64,000 nt of DNA from Camelus dromedarius (Eukaryota). Position 1 is the first letter of the stretch, and every line of letters begins with the position of its first letter. The notes beneath the pieces are model-generated. The model saw only the letters and a list, made by a program, of their open reading frames with translations, was not told where the DNA came from and ran no database searches. The stretch lies in assembly GCF_036321535.1 (NCBI RefSeq), contig NC_087436.1:10106001-10170000 (forward strand), read 5' to 3'. This document shows positions 12,331 to 25,505 of the stretch, piece by piece. A program made the translations under genes and the position numbers.

Positions 12331-13469
12331 ATGATGACAAATGCCCTTTGGTTCCAGGTGTGATACCAGGGCAGAGACACAAACACTACTCTCAGCTAGT
12401 AACCAGGGAAGTCGTCATTGAAGCGGTGAGCTTTGACCCAGGATTTGGAGCATGGGTATGATTTTGGTGAGTGTAAATATGACAGAAGGTCAAGACCACA
12501 GTTCTGAGAGCAGAGAGAGGGAGTTTCTGATCTGATGGGAAGGGAAGATTCATGCTGAGAACAGTCGGGGGGGAAAGCAGGAAGTCAGATTTTGAAAAGG
12601 GCTTGAAACAGAGCCAAGTGAGTTGTTTTTGCGTTTTGTTTTGTTCTTTTGCTTTTGGGTTGAGGATGAAGTGCTGTGGAAAGATTTGCATCATCTGACT
12701 GTCCTGACCACGGCCGTGTTGGGGAAAATTGTCCCCATGGTGTTGGGAGAGAGAAAATGGACATGGGGAAGGTGAGACTTGGCAGTGGTGGCCGAGTGAG
12801 GTGGTCAGGACTTCACCAGGGTGTTCTCTGTGCTGTTACCGCCACAAAGAATGCGGTCCTGAGACTGTCCCGGGAGGCGCATAGGCAGTGCCAGTCCTCC
12901 AGTGCATCCTGGGCCAGGCGAGTGAAACTCTGACTTCAGAAACACTGATGGAAAACTCCTGTGTCTGAAAAGCTGTGGCTGAGAACTTCGCTGTTTGCTA
13001 CACGTGTGGTACAAAAGTGTAGCAGGAAATTAGAAGACCATTTGTGAATCATAAACACGGATTACGAGAGGGAAAATCACATTGCCAGAAGCAATTAGAG
13101 TGACGGTTTCCTTTGGGACTTCTTTGTGTTCCAATTATGTACGTTCTTTCTTTCAGATCAGTTGCCAAATGTTCTGTTTAAATTTTCTGTCCGGTTAATT
13201 TAGCGTGTAATGGAGATTATAAAGTGAATGAAATTCACCTGTGACTCCAGAAATTATATATGTATATATGTGTATGTGTATATAGATCTGGACATTAAAT
13301 ATGATGCTGGCAAGCAGAATTATCTGCCAAGATGGAGAACAAGAAGGGGGGAAAGCAGCAGACCTGCTTGGGGAATGTTTGCTAGGTCTGTGAGGACAGA
13401 GGACAATGCACAGCGGCGTGGGGGTCAGGTCGGTGCGGGGGTCCAAAACAGCACTAAGGGACTATCTCA

Positions 13470-13995
13470 GCTCTGGAGGCTGGAGGGCCCCATCAAGGTG
13501 ACAGCAGGGTTGCCCTGAGGGCGGTGAGGGCTGGATCCAGGCCAGGTCTCTCCCCTTGGCCGTCTTCTTCCTGCGGCCCCTTCCCTCTGTACGTGTCTCA
13601 GGGCCTCAAGTTCCCCTGTCTATAAGGATACCAGTTATTTTGGACTAGGGCCCACCTTAACGACCTCCTTTTCATCTGACTGCTTCTGGAAACACTATCT
13701 CTCAGCAAGGTCACACTCTGAGGTAGGGGTCAGGACTCCAAGACATCTTCTGGGTGGGGGTCGGGGGGAAGGGACACAGTTCAAACTGTAACACCCGTCT
13801 TATTGTAGTATGAGTCCAATATTCACATGGTGTCCTCCCTCACGCACATCCATGTCCAAATTTCTTCTTTTAATCAGGACACTAGTCATACTGGATTAGG
13901 GCCCCACCTTGAGTGATGACCTCGTCTTAATGAACCACATCTGCAATGACCCTGTTTGCAAATAAAGTCACATTCTAAGGTGCTGTGGGGTAGCA
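13470..13995. mobile_element. Two adjacent MaLR (MLT1A/MST-like) LTR fragments
   Basis: The motif aaggataccagt...ggactagggcccacc...acctc...ggtcacactctgaggt occurs twice. Confidence 0.65.
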
Positions 13996-14459
13996 CGTGC
14001 ACACTAGCACTGTAAGCAATCACCGGCCCTTATATTTTTGTTTGCATCAACACATCTCTAATGACACCATCAGCTTTGACCAATTTAATCATCAAATCCA
14101 GCTTTTCTCTATTTCCTTTTTTTTTAATTGGAAAAGTTTTAAGATAGATTGCTGTAAAAAGTTGCAACACTAGAGAAGAACAGAGTGAAAGGTTATTTTC
14201 CGAGCTTCCCCCGCTCAGTCCTGATCTCGTAAACTATTAACAGTTGATTGTCATGCTTCCTGATGTTTTCTGTGCTGTCTTTTTTCTGCATTTTGTTCCA
14301 GGTGGGATTTATTATGCACCCTGTCTTATGACTCACTTTTTCTACTTAACAAGTCCAGAACATTTCCCACATAGGTACCTGCAGATTTTAAAAAAATTCT
14401 TTTTTGAAATAGCCGAAAATAATGATAATAGATCAGATAGTGTAGTGAGCTCAAGGATG

Positions 14460-14478
14460 TGGCCACCAGATGGCACTG
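14460..14478 (+). promoter_or_regulatory. CTCF core motif (candidate insulator)
   Basis: tggccaccagatggcactg matches CCASYAGRKGGCRS with no mismatch. Confidence 0.6.
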
Positions 14479-16197
14479 GCGCAACGTGAGCTTTACCCGG
14501 GAGCCATGGACAGATCTGCACGGGGCGGGGAAAGTCGCTCAGTGCTGGTACCTTCCAAAGGTGATGGTGGTGGAGCCATTGTCCTGAAGGGGGGACAGGG
14601 GATCAGAGAAGAGTTTGGAGAGGGACTAGGGGTCTAGGTGGCATCAATCAGCAGCATGGGGGAGACTCTGGAACAGAGAACTCTGAAGAGACACAGTGGC
14701 TTGGTGTCTTTAACAGCCCCAGGGTTGACCGCACCTATGGCTGGCAGATGAAGGGTGATGCTTCACAGGGTATGCAAAGCGGGGAAACTCTAAATGGCTA
14801 AACATCTGCCCTTTGGAGCTATATTTCAAAAGATTGGATTGTGAAAATGTAAGTTTGGCACCAATCAGGCTTTTAAGCTGCTGGGTCCAAGCCTGCTGCG
14901 AAGAAATAAACAAGATACAGCTTTATACGGGACCACCTTTAATTCATTTGTGTAACAACTAGCTCCCTATGGAAAGACGTTCAAAATTTTTTCCATGGCA
15001 AAATATTGTCCCAGATAGAGCAAAAGAAAAATTACGAACCAACTTACATCATCTATGACAAAAAAGCTAATTATATTAATGTAATCAGGAGTCCTAACAA
15101 TAAGTAGGATAAAATGGTAGAGGAGCACTGGCCCTCCCAAGTCAACCCTGGAAAATGACAGAAGCCAGAAGGAACTGGCGGTTAGAAGTCAGATTACAAC
15201 TGAGAAGATGGGGACGGGTGGGAGGAGGGCGTCTGTGGCAGCTGGGGGAGCATCTGGAGAGGGTGCGACTTGACCTCGGCTCTCTCTTACTTCACCTTAG
15301 GAATGAGGAGCATCTGGCCTCCCCACATTGTGAGGCGCTAGCAGAGGGCACGGAGCCCAGCTGAGTCAGGAGAGATGAAACCTGGCGGAGGGTGACTGGT
15401 GCCTGGGATGCTCATGTCCCCTGCTCTCCTGTCAGCAGGGTTTCTGTGGTCCTGGAATCTCTCCTCTGAGCTTTGATCCTCCTTGTTCTCAAACGTTCCA
15501 AGAAGGACAGAGTTGACGGTGTGACTCTCAGCGCTTCCCCAGTAACATTACAGGACAAGAGAGCTGACTCCATCAGCAAAATACAATGCTACAAGTTCAA
15601 GGAAAATACAACTCCTCAAAGGTATATTTTAAAAAAATTTAAAAGATAATAAAATGGAACAACACAGGCCACATTAAGCAGATTTATTGCAGATGAACCA
15701 GTAATTTTAAATGAGCACTATATATTCAGAAGAGTTGAAGGATATGGTAATAAAGCAAAGGGGTACAGAATTATTTTAGAAAACAAGTGATATAGGGATG
15801 AGATTAAAAATAAGAGTTAAAATGAAGATGGCACAAGATGGACTATCTAGCAGGACGATTACATCAAAGGACCACAGGGTAAACTAGCAGATCAAATTAG
15901 GAACTCTCCAAGGGGCATCAGAAATTAATAAAGAGAAAATATAAAAGATGTGCTAAAAGATCAGGAGAACAGATGATCAATATCCAGATAATGCAAATCC
16001 CCCGTGGGGAGTGAGTGGCCAAGACATGTAAGGAGATACCAATACCCAGACAACACTGCAGTAAAGCTGCAGAAAAGCAAAGGCAACAGAAATTATGAAA
16101 AGATTCCACACAAAAAGTAAACCACCCACAAAGGAAAAACATTAGACCAACATGAGACATCTCAACAGTAATAGTGGATTCAAGAGATGGTGGAGTA

Positions 16198-16346
16198 CAG
16201 ACCATGTTCAATATCTTGTAGTAAACTATAATGGAAAGGAATATGAAAAGGAATATATGTATGTTCATGTATGACTGAAACATGATGCTGTACACCAGAA
16301 ATTGACACACTGTAAACTGACTATATGTCAACTAAAAATATAAAAA
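16198..16346 (+). mobile_element. 5'-truncated artiodactyl-type L1 3' end within older L1/HAL1-like sequence (about 15560-16360)
   Basis: caatatcttgtagtaaactataatgga...tgctgtacaccagaaattgacacactgtaaactgactata followed by an A-rich tail. Confidence 0.7.
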
Positions 16347-17349
16347 GACAATAGAGTAATATATTTGTGCTTAAAATTTTTTTAACACTTCTTGCTGTTA
16401 AGTTTAGCCTACAAACATAATGGTGCATAAAACATAAATGTGACACATCAAGAAGAATTATAAAATAAAAATAGCAAGGTAACCACCACTCAGGTTAGGA
16501 GTATCACTGGCCACTTATAAAAGTATTTGTAAAAAAAATGTAGTTCATTTTGCCTGTTTTTGAACTTTATAAATGAATTTTATAAATGAAATTATACTGC
16601 ATAAATCCTTTGGTCTGTTACTTATTTTATATTGTGATTTAAAATTTATTTATGTTTACCATAACTGTAGTTCATTAATTTCTTTGCTATATAGAATTTA
16701 TCACAATTTTTCTGTGTTTTGTTAATGAAAAATTAGGTTTTTTTTTTTCTGGTTTGGGTTATTACAAACAATACTGTTAGGGAAGTTTTTGTATATGTAT
16801 CCTGAGAGGTATGTGTTGGAAGTTACTAGGGTACAGGTCTGGGAATAACACTGCTGGTTAGAAGATGTACACATTTCAACTTTCCAGATAATCCCAAAGT
16901 GGTTAAACAAAAAGCTTGCTCTTTGAGGACAGGAATAAGACAGTGATACCTACTGTCACTAGTACCAATCCATATTATTATCATATTAAGGGAGTACTGT
17001 TCTATTCTTATTTACATGTATTTATAAAATCTAAAAAAATCTGAGTTTGTTATTTTAACATGGGAAGATAGTTGAGTAAGCACTTTTTAAGGTGATGATG
17101 GAACTATTCAAGCTTTCTATTCCTCTGTGTCAGTTTTGATCAGTTATACTTTTTCTAAGACTTTTCCATATTATTTAAGTTTATTTGGTCATAATATCCT
17201 CTTATGCATGCATAACCTGAAATGGTGTCACCTGTTCCAATTCTGATACTAGTTAATTGGGTCTTCTCTAATTTTTTCAAGGGATCCTGCAAGAATGTAT
17301 CAATTTATCATTCTTTAAAAGGAGCCAAAGTTCTACCTTCCTGTTCTTA

Positions 17350-17352
<3 letters not shown>

Positions 17353-17402
<50 letters not shown>
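17353..17402. repeat. (TG)n(TA)n microsatellite
   Basis: Seen directly. Confidence 0.95.
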
Positions 17403-17971
17403 TTGATTTCAATAATTTCTGCTGTTCATTCTCTTCCACCTTCTGTTTTGAATTTCTCTTGTTCTCTTCTAGCCTCTTGGTGTGGATTAGCTCATTAACA
17501 GTCAGCCTTTCTCCTTTAACATAAATACTTCAGCTCTAATACTTACACTAGGGGAGCGAATTGCTGCTCGTTTATCATAGCTCACAAACTTGGATATATG
17601 GTATTTTTGTCCTCATTCAGCCTCTAATATTTTCTAATTTCCACATCATTTCTTCTTTAACTCATGACTTACTTGAAAGTATAATTCTTAATTTCTGAAG
17701 CTATGGGAATTATCAAGCTATCTTCTTCTTGTTGACTTCTGGTTTCATTGTACGGTGGCTAAAGAACACATTCTGTAGGATTTCAGTTCTTTCAAATTTG
17801 TTTGAATTTGCTTTCTGGCCCAATAGAGGATCATTTTTAGTAACTATTCCATATGTGTTTGAAAACACATGTATGCTTGCAAGCCCCTGAAGCAGCATTC
17901 TAAATAGATCATGAGGTCGGATTGGTGGTCTAGTCTTCCAAATCACTGAATATTTCATCAGCTTGCTCTGT

Positions 17972-18653
17972 TGTAATGGAGCAAGACATTCTGGGGCCTT
18001 CCTGGGACAGACCCCTCCCTCCACCATGCCCTCTGCCTGTCTCTTGTCTGTAGAAAAACTGTAGCCAAAGAATAAAATTTAATCAGAGAGAAAATGCAGA
18101 AATAAGGGAAAACAAATAAGACAAATAATAATAGTTTAGCCATTAAACAAAGTCATGAACCTTTAGTTCCTCTTCAAGGGCCATAGATCATATTCTGAGT
18201 CACATCCCTTGAGCTGTTTTGCAGAGATGAAACCCCCACCAGGTGGATGAAGTTAACTACATGATGACCAGGCTGGAGCCATGACAGAAGCTGCTCCATC
18301 TTACACAATTCCGAGAACTGGCCTTGAGGAAATGGGAACAAACTGACCCTGGAACTGAAGATTCACTGTACTGAAAGCAATCAAGATGACACTGATCAGA
18401 CCACCACATGACCAATTTCAAGATGATTGTCGAAGCTGACGGTGCTGTTCTGCATGCAGCCCCCTCCCTCTGCCTATTCACCCCTGAAACTCCTCTTTAA
18501 AAATTCTTGCCCCCAATCAGCAAAGGGGAGTTGATTTGTTGGGACATGAGTCCATCTTCTCCTCAGGTTTGCAGGCTTCCTCAATACAGCTAACTTTCCA
18601 TTTACCCAACATTTGTCTCTCAGTATTGGATTCTTGAGCAACAAGCAGTAACA
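17972..18653 (+). mobile_element. Solo ERV1-like LTR inserted in an old minus-strand L1
   Basis: tgtaatgg...gtaaca termini with 4-bp flanks ctgt/ctat. TATA-like tttaaaa and a poly(A)-like aataca near the 3' end. Confidence 0.75.
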
Positions 18654-19033
18654 CTATTAATTACTAAAAAAGGTTATTTTTAACTAAGACAGTTTATTTT
18701 CTACTATTATTTGAAATTGTATCAGTTTTTCCACTATATATTTGGAGGTATATTACTAGGTGAATATAAATATATCATTTAAAATGGAAACTTTTTATCT
18801 TTACAAAGTTAACTCTTCAAGCTACCATAATACTTTTCGACTTCATCCATTTTGTATAACAATGTGTCTACGCTATCATTCTTTCAGTTAGTATGTGATT
18901 AGCATACCTCTTTCCATCTTTGACTTTTAATTTTTCTATCTCTTTATATTTTAGATATATTTCAATAAACATAACGGAGTTGTATATTTTAAATCCAGTG
19001 TAAAATATTCATTTTTAAATTAAGGGCAGTTAG

Positions 19034-19209
19034 AGGGGGAGGGTATAGCTCAAAAGGAAGAGTGCCTGCTTAGCATGCACACGGTCCTGGGTTCAACCCC
19101 CAGTGCCTCCTCTAAAAATAAGTCTAATTACCTCCCCACCCCTGCCAAAATAAAAAAAAATTGAATAATACAATAATAAACAAATAATAAAATATAAATA
19201 AATGAATAG
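19034..19209 (+). mobile_element. tRNA-derived camelid-type SINE (vic-1-like) with TSD
   Basis: ggggagggtatagctcaa...gcttagcatgcac...gtcctgggttcaacccccag plus A-rich tail. TSD agggcagtta at 19023-19032 and 19210-19219. Confidence 0.88.
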
Positions 19210-20311
19210 AGGGCAGTTACATGGATTTAAATCTACCACATTTTTGTTTTTATTTCCCCAGCAGTCCTATGTTTTTCATTTTTATTTCATTGCTTTGAAT
19301 TATCTGAAATTTTTTATCATTCCACTTTTCTCTATTTGTTTGTATCTTATTCAAAGTCATACTTTGTTTCTATTCGTTTTGTGGTTACCCAAGAAATTAC
19401 ACAATGTATTCTTATTATATCAATATCTAATGTTAAAACTTAACACTTGCACACACACACACACATCTCAATATATTTGTTAAAGCTCAGGGAAATATCT
19501 CTAAAGATGTCTCCCAACTATCTGCAGTGGTTTCTGGGTGGCAGGGATGCAGGGCTCTGCATCCTGACTCTGCTTGTCACTGTGGTGCATGTACACATTA
19601 AATTATGACCATATATTGATCATCACCATTGTATTTTTACTTTGTAGAAACTCATTTTACATTTTTACATTTACAGTGTATTTGAACATAGTGCCTTGCC
19701 CATAATCAGTATTATTTAGGGGTTAAATCTGAATGGGGAACATATAAAATCTTTCAAATCCAAATTAAAATGAAAAAAAATTCAGGATATATCACTCTTT
19801 GGATTACTGGCAATTTGAAGTTAAGAAAGAGGTAGAAGCAGGTGGGGATTTTGTAATCAGAAGTGCACTTGGTAACAGCTGAAGTAGCCAGGATGCCAAT
19901 TTAATGCTTACTGGATTTGCAGTAACAGAACTCAGGAAGATTACTTGCACCGGGCCAGACTTGGGGACTGCAGGGTGGGTGTAAGTTGGCTTCTCAGGAA
20001 AATGGTTAGAGGAAGAAGTAGGGTGTGAACAATAGGGATTCACTGGACTCCTCAACAGAGTAACATCTCCAGAGTACATATTTCAAGGTTGACCTTCATT
20101 GTGCAGCTTCACACAGAACGCACTGTGTGAAAATGCCTTGCCCCTAGATTCAGGGATCTTGTGGTCACCCATTCTGGTTTACAGTTTAATCTAGTTTTAA
20201 TGGCTACATGTGTTGATTAAGTACATGTACCTGCACACACATACGTAGGCACTCCCAGCTTCACCCTGCCTGTAGCTTCTTCCCGTGCCAGGTTTTCTCC
20301 TTTCATTCAGG

Positions 20312-20791
20312 TGACGAGATTCTCTTTGACCAAACTGTACTCAGGTTCCCCTGAACTCTTTTCAACTAGGCCTGGAATTTTGGATTTCCTGTTCTTGTTT
20401 ATATTGTCCAATTTTAGCAAGAAAGTCAGTTTAGCCGGACTCCCCAACTCACATCGGGTTAACCTCCTTTATCTGTAACTCATCAGGCTCCTGATCAGCC
20501 ACCATCTTCCAGGTGATGTCGATCACACCCGCCTGCCTGCTTCCAGGCTGTTAGGATGGTTTAGCCAGAATGTCCCCCTTACCCCGGCTGTTTCCTCTTA
20601 CTAATTTTCCATCCACCAACCTCCACCCTGCTCCTTGGCTGTAAATTTCCACCTGTCCACACTATAGTAAGAGTTGAACCCCTATCTCTTCCCCACCGCG
20701 GTGATCCTTATGCATACGGAGGCGCCCCTGGAATGAAGTCAGCCTGACCTTTCCTTACCAAGTGTCTTGAATAATTTATTTGGCTTTAACA
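20312..20791 (+). mobile_element. Solo LTR (MER39/MER21-like) inserted in an L2 fragment
   Basis: tgacgagattctctttgaccaaact...ctttaaca with flanks cagg/tagg. Family name is from recalled similarity. Confidence 0.7.
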
Positions 20792-21049
20792 TAGGTCTCT
20801 GCTCAGTTTTTATTTTCAAAAGAGTACTTCAGAGGCCCCTACGTGTAGACAGTATTAATTGTTGTTTTTTCCATTCACACGTCGCACTGTAATTTGAGCT
20901 GAGGGAGGGGCAGGGATATGGTGGTCATATTCCCAACGCCTGGCACGCAGCAGGCATTCATTCAACATCTGCTGAACGAATGTGCTGTCCACGGAATCCT
21001 AACAAGTGTAGACGTAACAAAGACTCACACATAGTGACGAGAGACAGAA

Positions 21050-21945
21050 CAACTCGAGGTGAAGGAGCTCTGAATGTGCAGACGGGGCCTTCACAGGAAA
21101 GGACCCGAAGCTGGGGGAAGGCCTTGCTCAGGCGGCGTGGGCCCTGCGCCACCCGGCGGCCCCGGGCGCTGTGCGCAGCGGGCGGCCTCCTGCGGAGGGG
21201 CTGTGCGGCCCCGGAGATGCGCGCCCGGCGAACGCCCGAGATCCCACCCGGCCAGTGCCGGGAGCCCCGAGCCCAGGACGCGGGCTCACGCCCCGCACTG
21301 GTCCGGTTCACCGCCCGCCCCAGGTCCGCCCGCCCGCGAGCTCCTGGAGAGCCTTTACGCCCGGCAGGGGCGTGAGTCCACGGCAGCCCACAAAGACCGG
21401 GTCTTGTTTCCCGCGACGTCTTAGGGTAGAGCACTCGTCCCGCCCCTTCCGGTCGGGTCCGCCCGGCTTCTTCCGCCCCTCGAGGGTTTGGCTGGAGTCG
21501 CCGCGTGAGTTGCGGTCTCTGCTGACGGTGAGGTTCCTGCGTGTGGGGTCCGAGGTCCCGGGCCGCGAGGACGTCGACATGGTGGGTCCCTCCCGCTCCC
21601 CTGAAACCACCCGTTTCTGGAAGGCTCCGGTCGGGGGCGGGGAGGGCGGCCGGCGTCGGACCGCCGGGAAGCGGGGTGCGGAGTGGGAATGGTGGGTGGT
21701 GGGGGTCCCGGGTTCAGGGCCGAGTCCGGAGGTGCTGCCCCCTCGCGGGAAGCCCGCGCCTCTCCCTGTGCCCACTCCCCACCCGGGTGTGAACGCGGGG
21801 CACGGGACGGGGGGTGCCGCTGAACGCGGGAAAAAGGCGTGGGCGGCGGGGCCGGGGGGCCTCGCGTCCGTTCTCCACCCTCCAGTGACCCACACTCCGG
21901 CCCCGGACCCGGCCTCCACATCCCGGTTCCCTCCACCACGCTGAG
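21050..21945. promoter_or_regulatory. CpG island / TMA16 promoter and exon 1
   Basis: Very high GC and CpG content, ETS-like cttccgg and GC boxes at about 21440-21480, just upstream of the ATG. Confidence 0.9.
21579..21581 (+). CDS. TMA16: TMA16 coding exon 1 (ATG only)
   Basis: gacATG|gtgggt donor inside the CpG island. It supplies the Met missing before PKAPKG in exon 2 and brings the CDS to 612 nt. Confidence 0.8.
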
Positions 21946-23069
21946 ACTGTTTTTCTTAAAAGTGGAGTGGATGCGAAAAAGCGTTTACATGACACAGTTA
22001 AGCATTAAGATCAACTGTATACGGGCTCCTTGTGTGTCTGTTATTCACTTTAAGAAATAAAACATAATAGTTTTTGAGACCCTCTGTGTTTCCCTTGAAC
22101 CTGTAATCTCCAGGAGGTACTCAGTGATAAACAGGATCTAAATTCCGCTTGCTTGTCTTTCATCGTACAGCTTATGTTTGTGTTCCAAAACTGCTACTTG
22201 CTTTTCTTACTTACGTTCTTGAGAATAATTCTTGATTAGGAACATGTTTATAAGTATTTTTACGCATTTTATACATTTCATAAATATAATTTAAACATTT
22301 TTCAGTTTCTGATAAAAACAGCTACATTTAAAAGTTTATAATCTGGTTAAAAGTTATGATACTCTGGTCTCAATGTCATCCGCCCCCTTTCTCTGTTGCT
22401 TTCCATTTTCTTTTTCTCCTTTTCATTGTGTTTTCGTCTTTCATATCTATCCACAGTCTTTTTGCTTTAGAACACACACGTTTGTGTGAATTCAGTCTTT
22501 TTACTTAGCACTGTATGCTATTGCCAACCCTTTTTAGTTTTCTCTCCTAGCCTTTCTTTTGCAGAGTGAACCTTGAAAGCGTTGATAATGCAATTGTGTG
22601 TGAATGATTGGGGGCTGATTGGCAATTGACTGTTTGTCGTTGACTATCAGAACTTCCCTTTTGTCAGGCTGTATAGTAGGAGCATTGTCATGAGTCAGGA
22701 AGGCAGCATACTGATCTGTTCTCATTGGCATATTTCCTGGGACACGTGGCTCTGCTGTATCTTCTCTTGTAAATTCAGCTTGTCACTGGAGGTTTTCCAT
22801 CTAGACTTTTACATCAGTTGCTTTAAACTTCTTTCATACATCTGAGAATGTGGGCAGTGGAGTCCTGGAAGATGAGTTTGGCACCTGTCTTTGCTAAGTT
22901 ATGGTCTTGGTGAAGTTACTTAACCCCTCTAAGACTTGGTTGTTCTGCTAAGTTGGGATAGTCATGGGGCCTGCCTCAGAATTGTGGAAATTAAATGTAA
23001 ACCACTTAGCCCAATGTCTGGTCCTTAGTAAAATGTTACTTGTTGTAGTCAACTTTAGTAGTGTAGTAG

Positions 23070-23700
23070 TAGTACCTGTTGGTCATTTGTATGTCTTTGG
23101 AAAAATGTCTATTCGGGTCCTTTGCCCAATTTTTAATCAGTTTGTTTTTTTGTTATTGAGTTGCATGAATTCCTTATAGATGTATGTGTATATATACATA
23201 TACATGCTTATAAATATGGGATACTACGTATCAGATACATGATTCTGCAGATTTTCTCAGAACTCTTGTAGGTTCCTTTTCATTTTGTTAATCGTTTATT
23301 TTGCTGTGCAGGAGCTTCTTCGTTTCATGTAGTCCCACTTGTTTATTTTTTCCTTTGTTGCTTGTGCTTTCGGTGTCATCCAAACAGTCATTGCCAGAAT
23401 CAGTGTCAAGGAACTTTTTCCCTATGTTTTCTAAGAGTTTTATGGGTTAGGCTTTACATTTAAATCTTTAATCCATTTTGAGTCAATTTTTGCCAGTGGT
23501 GTAAGACAGGGGACCAGTTTCACTCTTTTGCATGAGAATATCCAGTTTTTCCAGTACCATTTATTGAAGAGACTGTCTTTTCCCCATTGAACATTCTTGG
23601 CTTGTTTGTCAAATATTATTAGTTGTCCATTATATGCTTGAGTTTATTCCTGGACTCCTGATTCTGTTCCAATTGTCTGTTTCTGTTTTTATGCTGATAA
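23070..23700 (-). mobile_element. LINE-1 ORF2 3' fragment
   Basis: ttttgctgtgcaggagctt...tagtcccacttgtttatttt...ccagtaccatttattgaagagactgtc. Confidence 0.85.
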
Positions 23701-23871
23701 ATTTAATATTAAAGAGATGACTCGCTAGTAAAAACTTGCTCCTGGAAGTTAGTAAAACTGACCAGAAACATTAATGAAATTCTACCTAGTATGCCAGCCT
23801 TTTTTGGAATAAAACTGCATGTACGTGGTTTTAAAAAAGAATCAAACAGTAAAATACGGTTGTCCATGAAG

Positions 23872-24345
23872 TGTATTAATTTTCTGTTACTGCTGTGGAA
23901 AAGTAATATAAATTTAATGACTTAAAACAACACAGATTCATTCTATTACATTTCTGAAGATCAGAAGTCCAAAAATGAGTTTCACTGAGCTAAAATTAAG
24001 GTGTTGGCAAGACTGTCTTCCTTCAAGAGACTCTTGTGGAGGATCTTCTTGTTTTCTTCTGTTTCTAGAGGTTGCCTGTAGCCCTTGACTCTAGCCCTTT
24101 CCTTCATCTTCAAAGCCAGCAGTGTAGCACTTCATATCTGCCTTGAGAGAAGGCCACACCTCTCCTGCTGCCTCCCTTGTACAAAGTCCCTGGTAATTAC
24201 ATCAGGCCCATTTGGGGATTCCGGTATGATCTCCCCATCTCAAGGTCTTTGATGCGTCTCATGCCACGTATGGTAATACATTCACAGGTGTCGGGGAATT
24301 AGAGCGTGGACGTTTTTGGGAAGGACGGCATTATCCTGCCCACAA
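23872..24345. mobile_element. MaLR MLT1 LTR
   Basis: tgtattaattttctgttactgctgt...ttaaaacaacacag...cagaagtccaaaa...ggcattatcctgcccaca. Confidence 0.75.
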
Positions 24346-25349
24346 CAAAATGTAGGTCTTGCTCCAACTCTGTTTCCTAGTTTGCTAGTGCAACTGACAA
24401 CCGACTAGTTAGAGCAGTTCCTTAGATAACCGTTCAGATACTTCACATGAATGTACTAGCATATTCACGTGCCCTCTGCCTCCCCTTCTACAGAAACAGT
24501 GCGCTAGACACACTCATGTGCCCCTGCGTTTTGGTCATACATGATCTGAGAGAGCAATCATGTGAGTACAGAGAGGTCTACCCCTTGCTTGTTTAACAGC
24601 TGCCATCCTCTTGTTTGCTTTTCCTGCAGTTTATTTACTAGGTCTCTGATGGACACTTAAGCTGTTTTCATTCTTTTGCTAACACAAACACTGCTGCATT
24701 GATGATGATTAGTTATTTTGTATATGTGTAAATATGTCTGTGCATTAAATTAATAGAAGTAGGATTATTTAAGCAAAAGATGTGTGGTTTTTATCCTGAT
24801 AAAATCTATCAAATTGCCTTCCAGAAGCTTGTACCAGTTTACATTCCACTTATTAATCAGACTGCTAACTCAGCCACACCCTCACTAATGCAGTGTTAAT
24901 AATTTTTAAAAATATTTTTATACATTAAAATTTGTATTTTATTGAAGTTTTAATTTACATTTCTTTTAAGGTAAAGCACACATCTTTTCAACACTTTAAA
25001 AACATTTATATTTACTTTTTCTGTGGCTCATTTGTGTTCTTTTTCCTGTTTTTATTTTAGGTAACTAATCTTTTCCTCATTGATTTCATAACAGTGCCTG
25101 TTACATCAGAGGTGCTTATTAAATATCTGTTCATCTGAGCTTAGCCCTAGGCCCTTTTCTTATTCTTCTGAAGAAAACCTTATTGTCTTTGTGGCTTTAA
25201 AGTACCACCTTTAACCCCAGGTTATCCCAAATTCGTATCTTCAGCCAAGACCGTTTTACTAACTGCCAGACTCATGAATTTATTTACTTGCTTTACATCT
25301 CTACTTAGCTGTCTCCAGGGCATCTTAAACCAGTGTCTTCAAGTCAAAA

Positions 25350-25505
25350 ATTTTTTTTTAATTTAAAACTTCTTTTAATGAGTTTTTCCCGGGGTGGGGG
25401 CTGCGTAATTTGGCTTGTTTGTTTATTATGGAAGTACTGGCGATGTAACCGAGGACCTCATGCGTGCTAAACATGTGCTCTACTGCTGAGCTGTCCTCCT
25501 TCCCC
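25350..25505 (-). mobile_element. Diverged vic-1-like SINE inside L2 remnants
   Basis: gaagtactggcgatgtaaccgaggacctcatgcgtgctaaacatgtgctctactgctgagct is a degenerate copy of the SINEs at 12057 and 19034. Confidence 0.7.

Noticed and set aside
19034..19110. tRNA-Ala-like sequences (also near 12110-12186) as tRNA genes
   Set aside because: They have SINE bodies, A-rich tails and a TSD, and no intact cloverleaf.
20958..21995. Several long overlapping ORFs (up to 257 aa) on both strands
   Set aside because: Pro/Arg/Gly-rich by-products of a stop-poor CpG island, with no recognisable domain.
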